A stretch of 64,000 bases of DNA. It comes from Eledone cirrhosa. Lineage: Eukaryota. The notes beneath the pieces were generated by a model, which saw only the letters and a program-made list of their open reading frames with translations, was not told where the DNA came from and ran no database searches. The stretch lies in assembly GCA_964016885.1 (NCBI GenBank), contig OZ024743.1, positions 37,324,001 through 37,388,000 on the forward strand, written 5' to 3'. Both the position numbers and the translations under genes were made by a program. Within the stretch, counting starts at the first letter, position 1; each line of letters starts with the position of its first letter. Of the stretch, positions 1 to 11,557 are shown one piece after another.

Positions 1-149
1 TTCTTCTTCTTGTTTCTTTCGCTGCAGCATATGCAGAAAGGAATCTAAGTCATTGAACCCAAAAGTCATGTTCATGTCGCTCATATATGAGAAAAAGGTC
101 GAGGGATGGCAGTTCCCGAAACTGAGATGTATGTATGTATCTATGTATG

Positions 150-634
150 TTCTTCTGGTTTTATAATTTCATAAATCTTTTTACCAATATAGAGTCGGTT
201 TCTAACATAGATACAAGACTCTCTCATTGGAATTTACACATCAACTAGGTAGATATGTATGTATGTCTGCATGCATGTATGTGTAGGTATGGATGTTACT
301 GTATGTGTGGATGTGTATGTTTTGAGTTGTATGTGTGCATGTGCATATGCTTTGTACTGTACATGTGTATAATAAATTTTGTTTAGCTTTCTCGTTTTTT
401 TCGGTACTTTCTTAATGTTGTTGATGTTGTGTTCAGCCATTGTAGCAAATCCTTGTAAAATGAATTGTGGATATCTCTACGAATTCGAATAAAGGTCTCT
501 TCAGTGAATATAGTTAGAAGAATATCCAGTTATTCAACATGACTGGCAGTTGTGGCATTACTGTCGGAGATAGTATTCTTAAATTTAATGAATAGTCTTC
601 CAGGCCAAAATGTGCCTCTGATCGCGTTGACTGA
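150..634 (-). mobile_element. Internally deleted R4/Dong-like LINE derivative (5' end fused to 3' UTR)
   Basis: 150-370 matches the 3' UTR at 2515-2740. About 400-634 matches the 5' end at 6380-6612 (gcaaatccttgtaaaat...gatcgcgttgactga). The ~3.6 kb coding region is absent. Both sides are flanked by ATGT repeats. Confidence 0.8.
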
Positions 635-655
635 CTATGTATGTATGTATGTTTA

Positions 656-1221
656 TGTCGGGTTACTCTTGAGTGTTACTGGTAACACGTAACCCAGTAC
701 AACATGTCGCATGGTCGGGTCGTCGGCGGCGACTAAACCGGCAACCCCACCAAGTTTACTTGGTGAGGAGGGTGATTTTGGACACCCTGCAGGACAAGAA
801 ACAAAACCTGACATAAGAGTCAACGGTCATCCAAAATGTGTAAATATGTATATACACATGTACATATGTATATACATGGGTGCATGTGTATGTATATGCG
901 CGGGGACATAGAAATAGTCGGGCTGTTAAACCACTGGGAGTGAAGGACCCCTAGTCTTAGTCAGGCATTCTTCTAGGAGAAGGCAACTCAGGAAACTGGG
1001 ATAACTCCGATATAAAACCTGCGGCTCAGTAGTTACCGATGATGTTGATCTTTTCTTCTTTTCGGGTTATAGATACTGTCGCTCAGAGAGTGGGATTGGC
1101 TCAGTGCACAGTCTTTAAAAAATATCTTCACGCACAGGCATTGCACGATAGAATTAATTAATAATTATTAATAATGGTATATCGTGCAATGGCCATACTC
1201 GATAACGAGGGGGCAGCCATC
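656..1221 (+). mobile_element. Non-coding RTE-like non-autonomous element, copy 1
   Basis: Closely similar to 6718-7344. Contains tctaggagaaggcaactc (recalled as an RTE 5'UTR-type motif, not verified). Ends ...gggggcagccat followed by an ATGT tail. Confidence 0.55.
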
Positions 1222-1399
1222 ATGTATGTATGTGTGTATGCATGCCAGGATCCATTTAGCCGAGGGTTTAATGTATATGGAACAGCTGTATTAATTAATA
1301 TTATCAGCCTTTTTCGAAGACGTTTCTTTATGTATTATACAGATTTCATAAGATGGTGAGGGAGTGCCGAAGGTGATTTGGCTGCTATTTCTAACCGGT

Positions 1400-1760
1400 C
1401 TAGTAATCACATAGAACAACCGTTCCAAACATAGGTTCTGCGGACTCCTTAGAATCCGCAAAGGTAGTCCTGGGAATCTGTCGGCTAAGTTTAAAATTCA
1501 AGGTTTTATTGTTATAAATTAATATACACACACTATTGGGTATCAAGTCTTCTCTAAGCATAAGAAACATTTCTTTCTTTCGATTGTTATTCTCGTCATG
1601 TAACAATCTGGAAGGCGAGCAATTGTAGCGAAGGCCAATGGGAAAACCATACAAATGTAAGAGATCTTTGGTTTGGAAAATTTTGAAAACCACTGACATA
1701 GAGCCATCCTTCCTTCTCTATAGTCCGATGTATTTGTTAGCTAGGTGACTAGGCCAATTG
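1400..1760 (-). pseudogene. Degenerate Penelope-like RT fragment
   Basis: The minus strand reads LANKYIGL*RRKDGSMSVVFK...RKKEMFLML, resembling the PLE GLYRDDGL region seen better preserved near 52815-52830. Confidence 0.4.
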
Positions 1761-2319
1761 ACTAGTTTAATAGAGTGTTGACCAAGAGCATAATGAACAC
1801 TTTTATCATTTATTCGACAGTTTTACATATTCTCTGCCTCTCTTTCTATGATACACAAAATTCCCAGTATTGAGAAACAGCTACGTAAACAATACTTGAA
1901 GGTAAATATAAGAAATTTATTAAGCAACACTCGATAGGTAAACGTGTCTTTTATATCTTACAATCTATAAAACATGGACGAAACTAATTCAATAAACGGA
2001 GAACATCTTTAGAAACTACGATATAGCTAAGAACGACAAGAACAAAGAACCACAATCGAGTTTGTTGGTGAAAGCCCACTTTCACAGACAGAAGAATGGA
2101 TCGCTTTAGATCAAGAATACAGCTTTTCAACAATCCATTGAAGCAACAGCCGTTATTTTAACATTCTCACAGGGAATTTCTATTTATGTATTTTACAACA
2201 AGTCACGTTTAGTACCAATATGTTAGGATTTATAATCAAATTGAGATAAGTACATTAAATAAACCAATACGCTATCACGTTTTCTCCTCTTGTGGGGCTT
2301 ACACACATTTTGTATTAGA

Positions 2320-2427
2320 TATTTCAATTTTGTACCATGAGCTGTTCAGTAAAACTTGGTCCAGCACTATACGTTCTGAGTTTAAATGCCACCGAGGTCA
2401 ACTTTGCCTTTCATTCTTTCGAGGTCG

Positions 2428-2428
<1 letters not shown>
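2320..2428 (+). mobile_element. Truncated tRNA-derived SINE (family 1)
   Basis: Contains ttctgagtttaaatgccaccgaggtcaactttgcctttcattctttcgaggtcgata, then runs into (ATGT)n. Confidence 0.65.
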
Positions 2429-2430
<2 letters not shown>

Positions 2431-2460
<30 letters not shown>

Positions 2461-2514
2461 TGTATGTATGTATGTATGTATGTATGTATGTATGTATGTA
2501 TGTATGTATGTATG
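2431..2514. repeat. (ATGT)n microsatellite at the 3' junction of the R4/Dong element
   Basis: Direct reading. Confidence 0.95.
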
Positions 2515-5500
2515 TTCTTCTGGTTTTATAATTTCACAAAGTTTTACCAATAGAGAGAGAGTCGGTTATAACATAGACACAAGACTCTCTCATTGGAATT
2601 TACACAACATCAACTAGGTAGATATGTATGTATGTCTGCATGCATGCATGTGTAGATATGGATGTTATTGTATGTGTGGATGTGTATGTTTTGAGTTGTA
2701 TGTGTGCATGTGTATATGCTTTGTATCTGTACATGTGTATATGCAGTTATTAGATGCAACATTTTTGGAATGTTTTACATATTTTTACTGTTCCATTAAT
2801 GGATTGTACTTGTAATTTCCTAACTAGTTGTGTTCTTCATGTTCCTGTGAAGCCTAACTTCACAAGATTTGTATTGAGGCAGTTACTAACATATCCCAGT
2901 GCCCCAATAATCACAGGCATAAATCTGAAGGTGTATCTGCAGATTTCTCATCAGTTCTGCATAAATATTCTCCTTTTCACTAATCTTTGATATTATATTG
3001 ACATCTGCTGGCCAGCTAATTTCCACTACTGTGCATGTCTTCTTCTCCCTGTCCCATATTTTAATATCTGGTCTGTTATGCCTGCATTTTATTGGGGTTT
3101 TTACTGGAACATTCCACCAGTACTCTTTCATATTATGTACATGGATTTCTTCCAAATTGTTGTAGCTTTTAATGTGTTTATTATCGGGGCTATCTTTTTT
3201 ACGAACTGCATTGTACAGTGTTTTGGCCACTACATCATGCCTCATAGGTAGATAGTACCGCGATGACATCTTTGGGCAGCTGCTGATGACATGGGTGATA
3301 TCCTCGATGTTAGTTCTGCAGAGTCTGCACTTGTTATCACATTTAGGTGTTTTGCCTGCAACCCTATCTCTTTTGTGAATCAGGTATTTCGTGCTAATCT
3401 CCTGTTCTTGGATTGCAAAAGCGTATCCTTCAAAGTGGGAGCCAATATAGCGGTTGTTGGTCCAAGATAGACTACTTTCCTTATCTATATTACTCTCACT
3501 CTGGAGCTTCCTGGCAACATATCCATGCATGATATTTTGCTGATAGGCATGCAGTTTTTCATCCATGGATTCACTGCGATACTGCTGAGCGACATCCCTG
3601 GGTGTGAGTTTTTGATTATCACACAGGGAATATCTCTCAAGGAGTTCCTTCCCAACTCTCATGATCTTATCTGTTTCATGCAGATAGACTTGCTCGAGAA
3701 GCGGGCTCCTACGCTTCGAGGTTCGTAGATGTTGTCGGAGAGATATGATGCGACATTCAAATGTTGTCTGGACTGATGTTAGGCCTCTGCCTCCCTGCTT
3801 AGGTTTCAAGTAAAGCGGTCTATGTCACTGTTGTTGTGGAAGTTTCCGGTGTTGTTCAGAATTTTTCGAGTTCCAACATCAACTGCTCGGATTTCGTCTA
3901 TCGTCCCATTGAGTATTCCAAACGTTGGTGTTAGGACAGGCACAGCAAACACATTGTGAGCCACTGTTTTGTTTTGCGGAGAGAGTTCCGATGACCAGAT
4001 CTTTCTTAAACGGGTGTAGTATTCCCTGGTTACGCGTTCTTTATTACAGATACCATTATAGGATATGTTCTCATCTATCCCCAGGTTCTGTAGCAGTCCT
4101 CATCAGATATCGGTGAAACAGTTAGACCATTGATGACAATGTTGCTAGATTGGGTTGTTGTTTTTCCCCGCTTTACAGTCATGTATGAGCATTTATCTTG
4201 GCCAAACTCCATTCCTATATCCTTTGAAAACGTTGTAACCAGGTGAAGATATTTCTTCATCCCATCCATGTTCTTGGCATAGAGTTTCAGATCGTCCACA
4301 AAGAAGTTATGAGTTAGGTTTGTATTTCTATCCTCCTGTGAGCCAATGATGTATCCCTCACATTTCTTGAGCAGAAAGGACAAGGGGTTTAATGACAAGA
4401 TGAACAATATCACAGAGAGACTGTCCCCCTGAAATATACCCCTGCAATATTTTATTTTATCAGTGAAAATACAGTCCTCCCTCTCTGTCTTTAACCTTAG
4501 GATAGTAGCCCAAGAAGAAGACAGCCTCTCTATGGCTCTGACAATAATGTTTGGGACTTTAGCAAGTTGGAGGGCCTCTATCATCCAAGAGTGGAGAACA
4601 GAATCGAAAGCTTTCTTGTAGTCCAGCCAGACTGTAGTCATATTCCTCCTAAGTTGTCGCACCTACGACATCGCAGTTTTGTTGATTAGGAGTTGTTCAG
4701 CACATCCCCAAACCTTTTTCTTTCCAGCTGCTTGTTCATCTGTGATGATGTTATTATTTTCACAGTGATCTTGGAGGAATAGCTTGAGGCAGGCTGTATA
4801 CATCTTATACATCAGGTTCTGGCATGCAATGGGTCGGTAGTTTTTTGCCAAGTGGGTGTCTTTGTTCTTGGGGACCAGTAACGTTTGTGCTAATGTCAAC
4901 CATTCTGGTATAAGTGTATCTCCCTTAAGAACTTGTTGGTAGTGGTCAGTAAGATACCTCCGATAGAATATTAGTTTTTTGTACCAGTAGCCGACAATCA
5001 TGTCTCTTCCTGGTGTTTTCTTATCTTGGAGTTTTCCTATCACAGTCTCAAGGGTACCCTCACTTATTTCGTATGTTTTGTTGTAGTGTAGGAGCAATAG
5101 TTCTTTCGGATTTCTCTTAGCCGCACTGCATCTTGGTTGAAATTCTTCTTTTCACCCCATATTTTTCTCCAAAAGGAATCTATGTCTTTCTGGAATGGGG
5201 CCTCAGTGACACTTATTATTTTGCCCTTCATATCTCTATAGACTGATGTTTGGTTTCGTCTGAATCTTTTATTAAACATTTTTCTCTCATCTACCTTCTT
5301 CAGGTATCGGCGTTTTTCGCTAACAGCTCTCAATTCTTGTTTGAGGGTGATCAGCTTATATTGGAGAGTTCTGGTTCTACTGTTACCAAACATCGTCTCT
5401 ATTTTATTTTTCACTCTTTGTTGGTGAGGAGTGAATTTTTTTTGTGTTTGTTTGCATGTAAGGAGCATTGTCACATGTCCTATGTTTTTTCGTAGGTCAG

Positions 5501-6613
5501 CACTCTTTTTTCTATTTTAGTTATATATGATGGTATTTTTGGTGGTGTTTTGTTCTAGTTAATATCTCTGCTATCACCAAGATAATGCTTCACTGTATTT
5601 GCTAAGGCATATAAACAGGCGTTGATTTGCCAAAATGTTGGGGTTTTTATCCGTCGTAAATATTCATCCCCTATTTCGTCAATAACACGTAGTATTTCAT
5701 TATTTGGTTTTTTATTCACCATTGTCATTTTAACACGTTCAGCCAGAGAGATATTTATACATGAGTTAATTTCTCTCTGGAAGATTTCGTTGAGGGAAAT
5801 TTTCAATTGTTTATACTTTTGATTATCATTATCGATAGTATTTTCTACAACAGTCGAGGTAGACTCGGATGGTATACGTGGTATCACATTTATTCGATTA
5901 TTATTATTATTTCTTCGATTATTATTATCGATAGTGTTTTCCCCAGCATTCGATGCAGACTTAGATGGTACAGGTGGTGTCAAGTCTCTTACAGGCATAA
6001 TTGTTTCCAGGCGCTGTTCGACCTGGCTGCTAGGAAGTCTAGTAGCATGGCGACCTGTAGCACGTGTTGTTGATTCCATGTTTGTTGTGGGGGACTTATA
6101 ATTAATAATATTTATCTTATTTTTACGTTCAACAAACGTCGCTTCTTGGCGTAATTGTTTCGCTGTGAGATAATTTAGCTCTGGGTGAATTTCGTCCCAG
6201 TGTAGCTTCATTCTATTCATATAGCCAAGGAGGGATTGTTTTTTTGCCATTTTATAACAATTAAATAAATCATCATTAAGTTTGCAACTCCAAGAGAAAT
6301 GCGATTTATAATTTCGGTTTCTTCTGTAGCTACAACTGAATAAAGTTTGATTACCTTCTTTGTTATTTATCTTCGATACTTCCTTAATTTTCTTGTTGAT
6401 GTTCAGCCATGCTGTTTGTAGCAAATCCTTGTAAAATAAATTATATATTTAGTCGGATATCTCTACGAATTCGAATAAAAGGTGTCTTCAGAAGGGATAG
6501 TTAGAAGAATAATCAGTTATTCAACCTGGCTGTAGTTGTCGGAGATAGTATTCATCTTAAATTTAATAAATAGTCTCCCACGTCAAAATATGCGACTGAT
6601 CGCGTTGACTGAT
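2515..6613 (-). mobile_element. Near full-length R4/Dong-clade non-LTR retrotransposon (RT plus C-terminal CCHC and restriction-like endonuclease), frameshifted
   Basis: Consecutive minus-strand ORFs 6424-5555, 5474-5064, 5097-4663, 4662-4075 and 3809-2886. RT motifs: NYRPIAC, WLDYKKAFDSV, GIFQGDSLS, HNFFVDDLKLY. Zn knuckle CRLCRTNIEDITHVISSC, plus RHD, RPD..., VVEIS and KENIY of the RLE domain. Both ends abut (ATGT)n. Confidence 0.92.
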
Positions 6614-6627
6614 GTTATGTATGATGT

Positions 6628-6632
<5 letters not shown>

Positions 6633-6661
<29 letters not shown>

Positions 6662-6716
6662 TGTATGTATGTATGTATGTATGTATGTATGTATGTGTGT
6701 ATGTATGTATGTATGT
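6633..6716. repeat. (ATGT)n microsatellite between the Dong 5' end and the RTE-like element
   Basis: Direct reading. Confidence 0.95.
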
Positions 6717-6717
6717 T

Positions 6718-7344
6718 ATGTCGGGTCACTCTTGAGTGCTACTGGTAACATGTTACCAAGTACAACCTGTCACACGTCTGGTCATCGGCAACTAAACCGG
6801 CAACCCCACCAAGTTTACTTGGTGATGAGGGTGATTTTGGACACCCTGCAGGACAAAAAACAAAACCTCACAAATGGCGGAAGAACTCATAAGATTCAAC
6901 GGCCATCTAAAAGTGTGTAAATATATATATACACATGTACATATGTATGTATATATGTATATGTGTATATACATGGGTGCATGTGTATGTATATGCGCGG
7001 GGACATAGAAATAGTCGGGCCGGACATCCGATCGCGCGGTTAAACCACTGGGAGTGAAGGACCCCTAGTCTTAGTCAGGCATTCTTCTAGGAGAAGGCAA
7101 CTCAGGAAACTGGGATAACTCCGATATAAAACCTGCGGCTCAGTAGCTACCGATGATGTTGATCTTTTCTTCTTTTCAGGTTATAGCTACTGTCGCTAAG
7201 AGAGTGTGATTGGCTCAGTACACAGTCTTTCCTATCTTTAAAAAATATCTTCACGCACAGGCATTGCACGATAGAATTAATTAATAATTATTAATAATGG
7301 TATATCGTGCAATGGCCATACTCGATAACGAGGGGGCAGCCATT
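6718..7344 (+). mobile_element. Non-coding RTE-like non-autonomous element, copy 2
   Basis: Homologous to 656-1221 with small indels. Has the same terminal hairpins and ATGT tail. Confidence 0.55.
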
Positions 7345-7355
7345 ATGTATGTATG

Positions 7356-8227
7356 TTCTGGTTTTATAATTTCACAATTTTTTGCCAATAGAGAGTGAGT
7401 CGGTTTCTAACATCGTTAGACTCTTTCATTGGAATTTACACAACATCAACTAGGTAGATATGTATGCATGCCTGCATGTATGCATCTGTGTGCAAATACG
7501 GATGTTAATGTATGTGTGGATGTGTATGTTTTGAGTTATGTGTGCATGTGTATATGCTTTGTATCTGTCCATGTGTACATGCAGTTATTACATGTAGAAT
7601 TTTTGGAATGTTTTATATTTTTACTGTTTCATTAATGGATTGTACTTGTACTAGTCATGTTCTTTCTGTTTCTGTGAAGCCCAGCTTCTTACGATTTGTA
7701 CTAAGGTAGTTGCTAACATATCTCAGTGCCCCAATAATCACAGTTATAAATCTGAAGGTATAATCAGGGTGGAGTATCTGCAGATTTCCCATTAGTTCTC
7801 CATAAATATTCTTCTTTTCGCTAATCTTTAATATCATATTGGCATCTGCTGGGCAGCTAACATCCACCACTGTGCATGCCTTCTTTTACCTGTCCCATAT
7901 CATTATATCTGGTCTATTATGTTTGTGTTTTATTGGGGTTTTGATTGGAACATTCCACCAGTGCTCTTTCATATTATGTATGTATATGTCTTCCACATTG
8001 CTGTAACTTTTTATTTAACGTTTATTGTTTATCTTTTCTACGGGTTTCATTCTACATTGTTTTGGCCACTATATCATGCCTCACAGGTCGATAGTACCGT
8101 GATGACATCTTTGGACAGCTGCTTATGACATGGGTAATATCTTCGATGTTAATTCTGCAGTGTCTGCATTTGTTGTCACATATAGGTGATTTGCCTGCAT
8201 CCCTATCTCTTTTGTGAATCAGGTATT
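7356..8227 (-). mobile_element. 5'-truncated R4/Dong copy (CCHC/RLE region plus 3' UTR)
   Basis: Homologous to 2515-3390: YLIHKRDRDAGKSPICDNKCRHCRINIEDITHVISSCPKMSSRYY and VDVSCPADAN...KKNIYGEL. The sequence tgtatgtatg lies on both flanks. Confidence 0.9.
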
Positions 8228-8230
8228 GTA

Positions 8231-8309
<79 letters not shown>

Positions 8310-8329
8310 CAGTGTCTGTTTATGCCCAT

Positions 8330-8825
8330 AAGACGAAGGTATTCTCTGGCTGACTCGTGTGAGCCGGGTTGTATAGATTAGATCTCTGAAAAGGCACCTA
8401 AGCAATGGCAATCGGGAGTGATATTCCCAATTTTCAAAAAAGCATACAACAGAAATTCCTCCAATTAGAGAGGCGTCTCTTTGTTAAGTCTCCGCGGTAA
8501 AGTCTATGCTAAGTGCCTGGCAATGAGATGCAGGGGGATTGTCGAGTCCAAGCTAGCTGATGAACAGTGCAGTTTTCGCTCCTGACGCAGTACAGCTGAC
8601 CAAATATTCACACTACGGCAGGTCTTCGAGAAATCATGGAAGTATTGCCAAAAGGTATATTGTTGTTTTGTTGACCTTGAAAAGGCTTATGATCGCGTTT
8701 CCCGAGACCTGCTGTGGAAGGTTCTGCAGGAGTATGGGATCGATGGTCAGCCTCTTGCTGTCCTGATGTCTCTGTCTGAATGCCGGAGTATTTGTGTTCG
8801 GATAAACGGTGCTAAATCAATCTGG
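8330..8825 (+). pseudogene. RTE-clade (Rex3/Expander-like) RT N-terminal fragment
   Basis: Manual translation: KAPKQWQSGVIFPIFKK...N*RGVSLLSLRGKVYAKCL...EQCSFRS*RSTADQIFTLRQVFEKSW...CFVDLEKAYDRVSRDLLWKVLQEYGI. Confidence 0.85.
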
Positions 8826-9012
8826 TAGTCGGATTTAGTCACCAATATGATGGACTAAATCCTTTGAAGGTGGTGTTCAAGCCTGGCCACAACTAATAAC
8901 TGAAAATGCAGTAAAAAACAAAAGAATTAAAAAAAAGAAAAAATACAACAAATCGGTGACATTTGGCTGGTTGTCAGATACCTTACTATAGTCATCATGG
9001 GTTTATTTCCGG

Positions 9013-9104
<92 letters not shown>

Positions 9105-9474
9105 TTATATATATGTATGTATGAATGTATGTACGTATATATGTGTGTATATATATGTATTTTATATATGTTCGCGAGTGTGTGTGTGTGTGTCTGTATA
9201 CATGATGGCTGCTTTCTGATAATGTTCTATGAAGTCAGCCATGTTACTTACATACAGAATGGAAAGAGGTATATAATTTAAGTTGAAAAGTAACAGTTGC
9301 TCGGTTTTATGTTTAATTTGATTAGAATATTTATCAGTGAAAACTGTTCCTTTCATCCTAGCCGAGTGGACAATCATTCATATGAGAAATACTTCGTCTA
9401 TGTCTCATGATTTGGAGTTGGATCAAATAATGTTTGCGCTGTCGATGGAGAAGAAGGGTGGGCATGTGGCTTTC

Positions 9475-9735
9475 TGACGTTTAGTATGTAATATTTTTGT
9501 GGCAGCGGTGGAGATGGTCGATGGGGGAGCGTACGGGGTTATATAACGTTTAATATGTAATATGTTTGTAGCAGTGGTGGAGATGGTCGATGGGGGAGCG
9601 TACGTGGTTTTATAACGTTTAATATGTAATATGTTTGTGGCAGCGGTGGAGATGGTCGATGGGGAGCGCACGGGGTTATATAACGTTTAGGATGTAATAT
9701 GTTTGTCGCAGTGGTGGAGATGGTCGGATGGGGAG
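9475..9735. repeat. ~69 bp minisatellite (~4 units); degenerate units continue at ~10070-10830
   Basis: gagatggtcg recurs at 9511, 9580, 9649 and 9717. Confidence 0.85.
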
Positions 9736-10045
9736 GTGCGTCTAGGGCGTCTAATATCCTTCAAATACCGGTCGCTCTCCGACAGGTTTCCGGTTGTATC
9801 CTTGGCAGTGGAGACTTCTGGTGTCCTCGGCCCTAGGGCTACCTCCCTACTCACCACCATAGGTGCTGAGCTGGCCAGCCGCAGGTGTGAGCCTCGCGAG
9901 CTGGAATGGCTTTTCCAGCGCGTCTCCCTTGCCGTCCTCCGGGAAAACGCCTTCTCAATTCTGTCCGCCGGGGCTGTGGGGAGGGCACCAATATGATTGA
10001 CTGACTTGTCATTTTATCAGTAAGATGTTCTAATGAATCTATATA
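9736..10045 (+). mobile_element. 3' end of a CRE-like RLE non-LTR retrotransposon
   Basis: KYRSLSDRFPVVSLAVETSGVLGPRA...EWLFQRVSLAVLRENAFSIL is a typical CRE-clade C-terminus. Shares KYRSLSDRF with the 36400 fragment. Confidence 0.8.
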
Positions 10046-11054
10046 TATATATGTGTCATATTTCCATCATATATAACGTCTGTGGCGGTGGAGATGGAGG
10101 TGGTTAGCGTTGTAGAGTGTTGTTTCGTATATAATATCTGTGCTAGTGGTGGATGAGTGGTGATAATATAAGAGGGTGACGTTGCGTATCAAATATATTT
10201 CTGATGGTGTTTGAGGTGGTGGTGGTGCTGGTAGGAATAGGCGAGAAGTAGACAAGTGAGTGTGGTGTTTAGATTGAAACATGTTTGTGGCAATGATGAT
10301 GATGGTGGTGGTGATGGGAAGACTTTCGTATGAGTGTATCATATTTAGTACCGGATATATTTGTGGTGGAGGTGGTGATAGTTGGTGGGTGGGCATGTTG
10401 CTTTTATGATGTTTAGTACCAGATATGTTTGTGGTGGTGGTGGATCATGTAGGCTTGGGACTTTACTATCTAGTGTGTTAGATATAGAATAAGCTAGATA
10501 TATTTGTGGTGGTGGCGGTGGTGGTGGTAGGGATAGACAACTAGTAACGTGGAAGTGTGACGTTTGATACCAAACATGTTTGTGGCCTTGGTGGCAGTGG
10601 TGGTTTGTGTAGGAGCGTGATGTTTATCACGTAGTATGTCTGTAGTGGCGGCGGTGGTTTCATGTAGAAGTGTGACGTTTAGTATTAGAAATGTTAGTGG
10701 CAGCGGTAAAGATAGACATGTAGGTTTATGATGTTTAGTACCATATATGTTTATAGGAATGGAGGTGGATCATGTGGCAGAGTGACATATACTATCAAAT
10801 GTATTTGTGTCGGTTCTGGTGGGGGGCATAGGTGTATGGTAGACCATTCTTTATATTCGAGATATCAAGCTTAAATTTTGAAAGAGTTCTTTAATTATAC
10901 TTGTTTATATAGTAATCCAGATTATATATTTAATATTGGAGGAGGTGATGGTGGTGAAACCTAATAATTCCATGTTTTGATGGAATATTAGTTAATAAAC
11001 ATGGTTAATGGAAACTGATGTTGGTTGATCAAAGGTCTGAACGGTAATAACTCG

Positions 11055-11390
11055 TAATAATAATGATGATAATAACAACAACAACAAAAACATTGATGAT
11101 GATGAAGATGATGATGTTGACAGCGACTACAATGACGATGATGACGATAATGATGATGATGATGATGTTGATGATGTTAATGATGATGATGATGATAATG
11201 GTTTCTAATTTAAGCACAAAGAGAGCAACTTTTAGGTGTTATATTGATCCCATTCAAATTATATTGATAATAATAATAATGATGTTGTTGCTTACGGCAA
11301 CAAGAACGCTATGATAAGGATGAGAATGATAATAATAATGGTGATGATGGTGATAAGGATGATGTTTATGACGACGATGATGATAATTAT
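11055..11390. repeat. (ATG/ATA)n trinucleotide low-complexity tract
   Basis: Direct reading. Confidence 0.9.
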
Positions 11391-11557
11391 TGTTACCTTA
11401 ATCATTGAGTAAAAGTGTCATAAATTCAGAGAACTACATGCTTTTGCATCTAATATTTCAGCTGTTCCGGTTTAATTACTGAAATAAAGACACCCTTAAT
11501 TAAATGTGAAATATAAAATGCAGCAAGGCAGTATTTTAAATACCAGATGCCGTTATT

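Noticed and set aside
6460-6500. Hammerhead or HDV ribozyme at the Dong 5' end (ctgaaga...gaattcgta on the minus strand)
   Set aside because: Stem II does not pair, GAAT replaces GAAA, and I could not build an HDV pseudoknot by eye.
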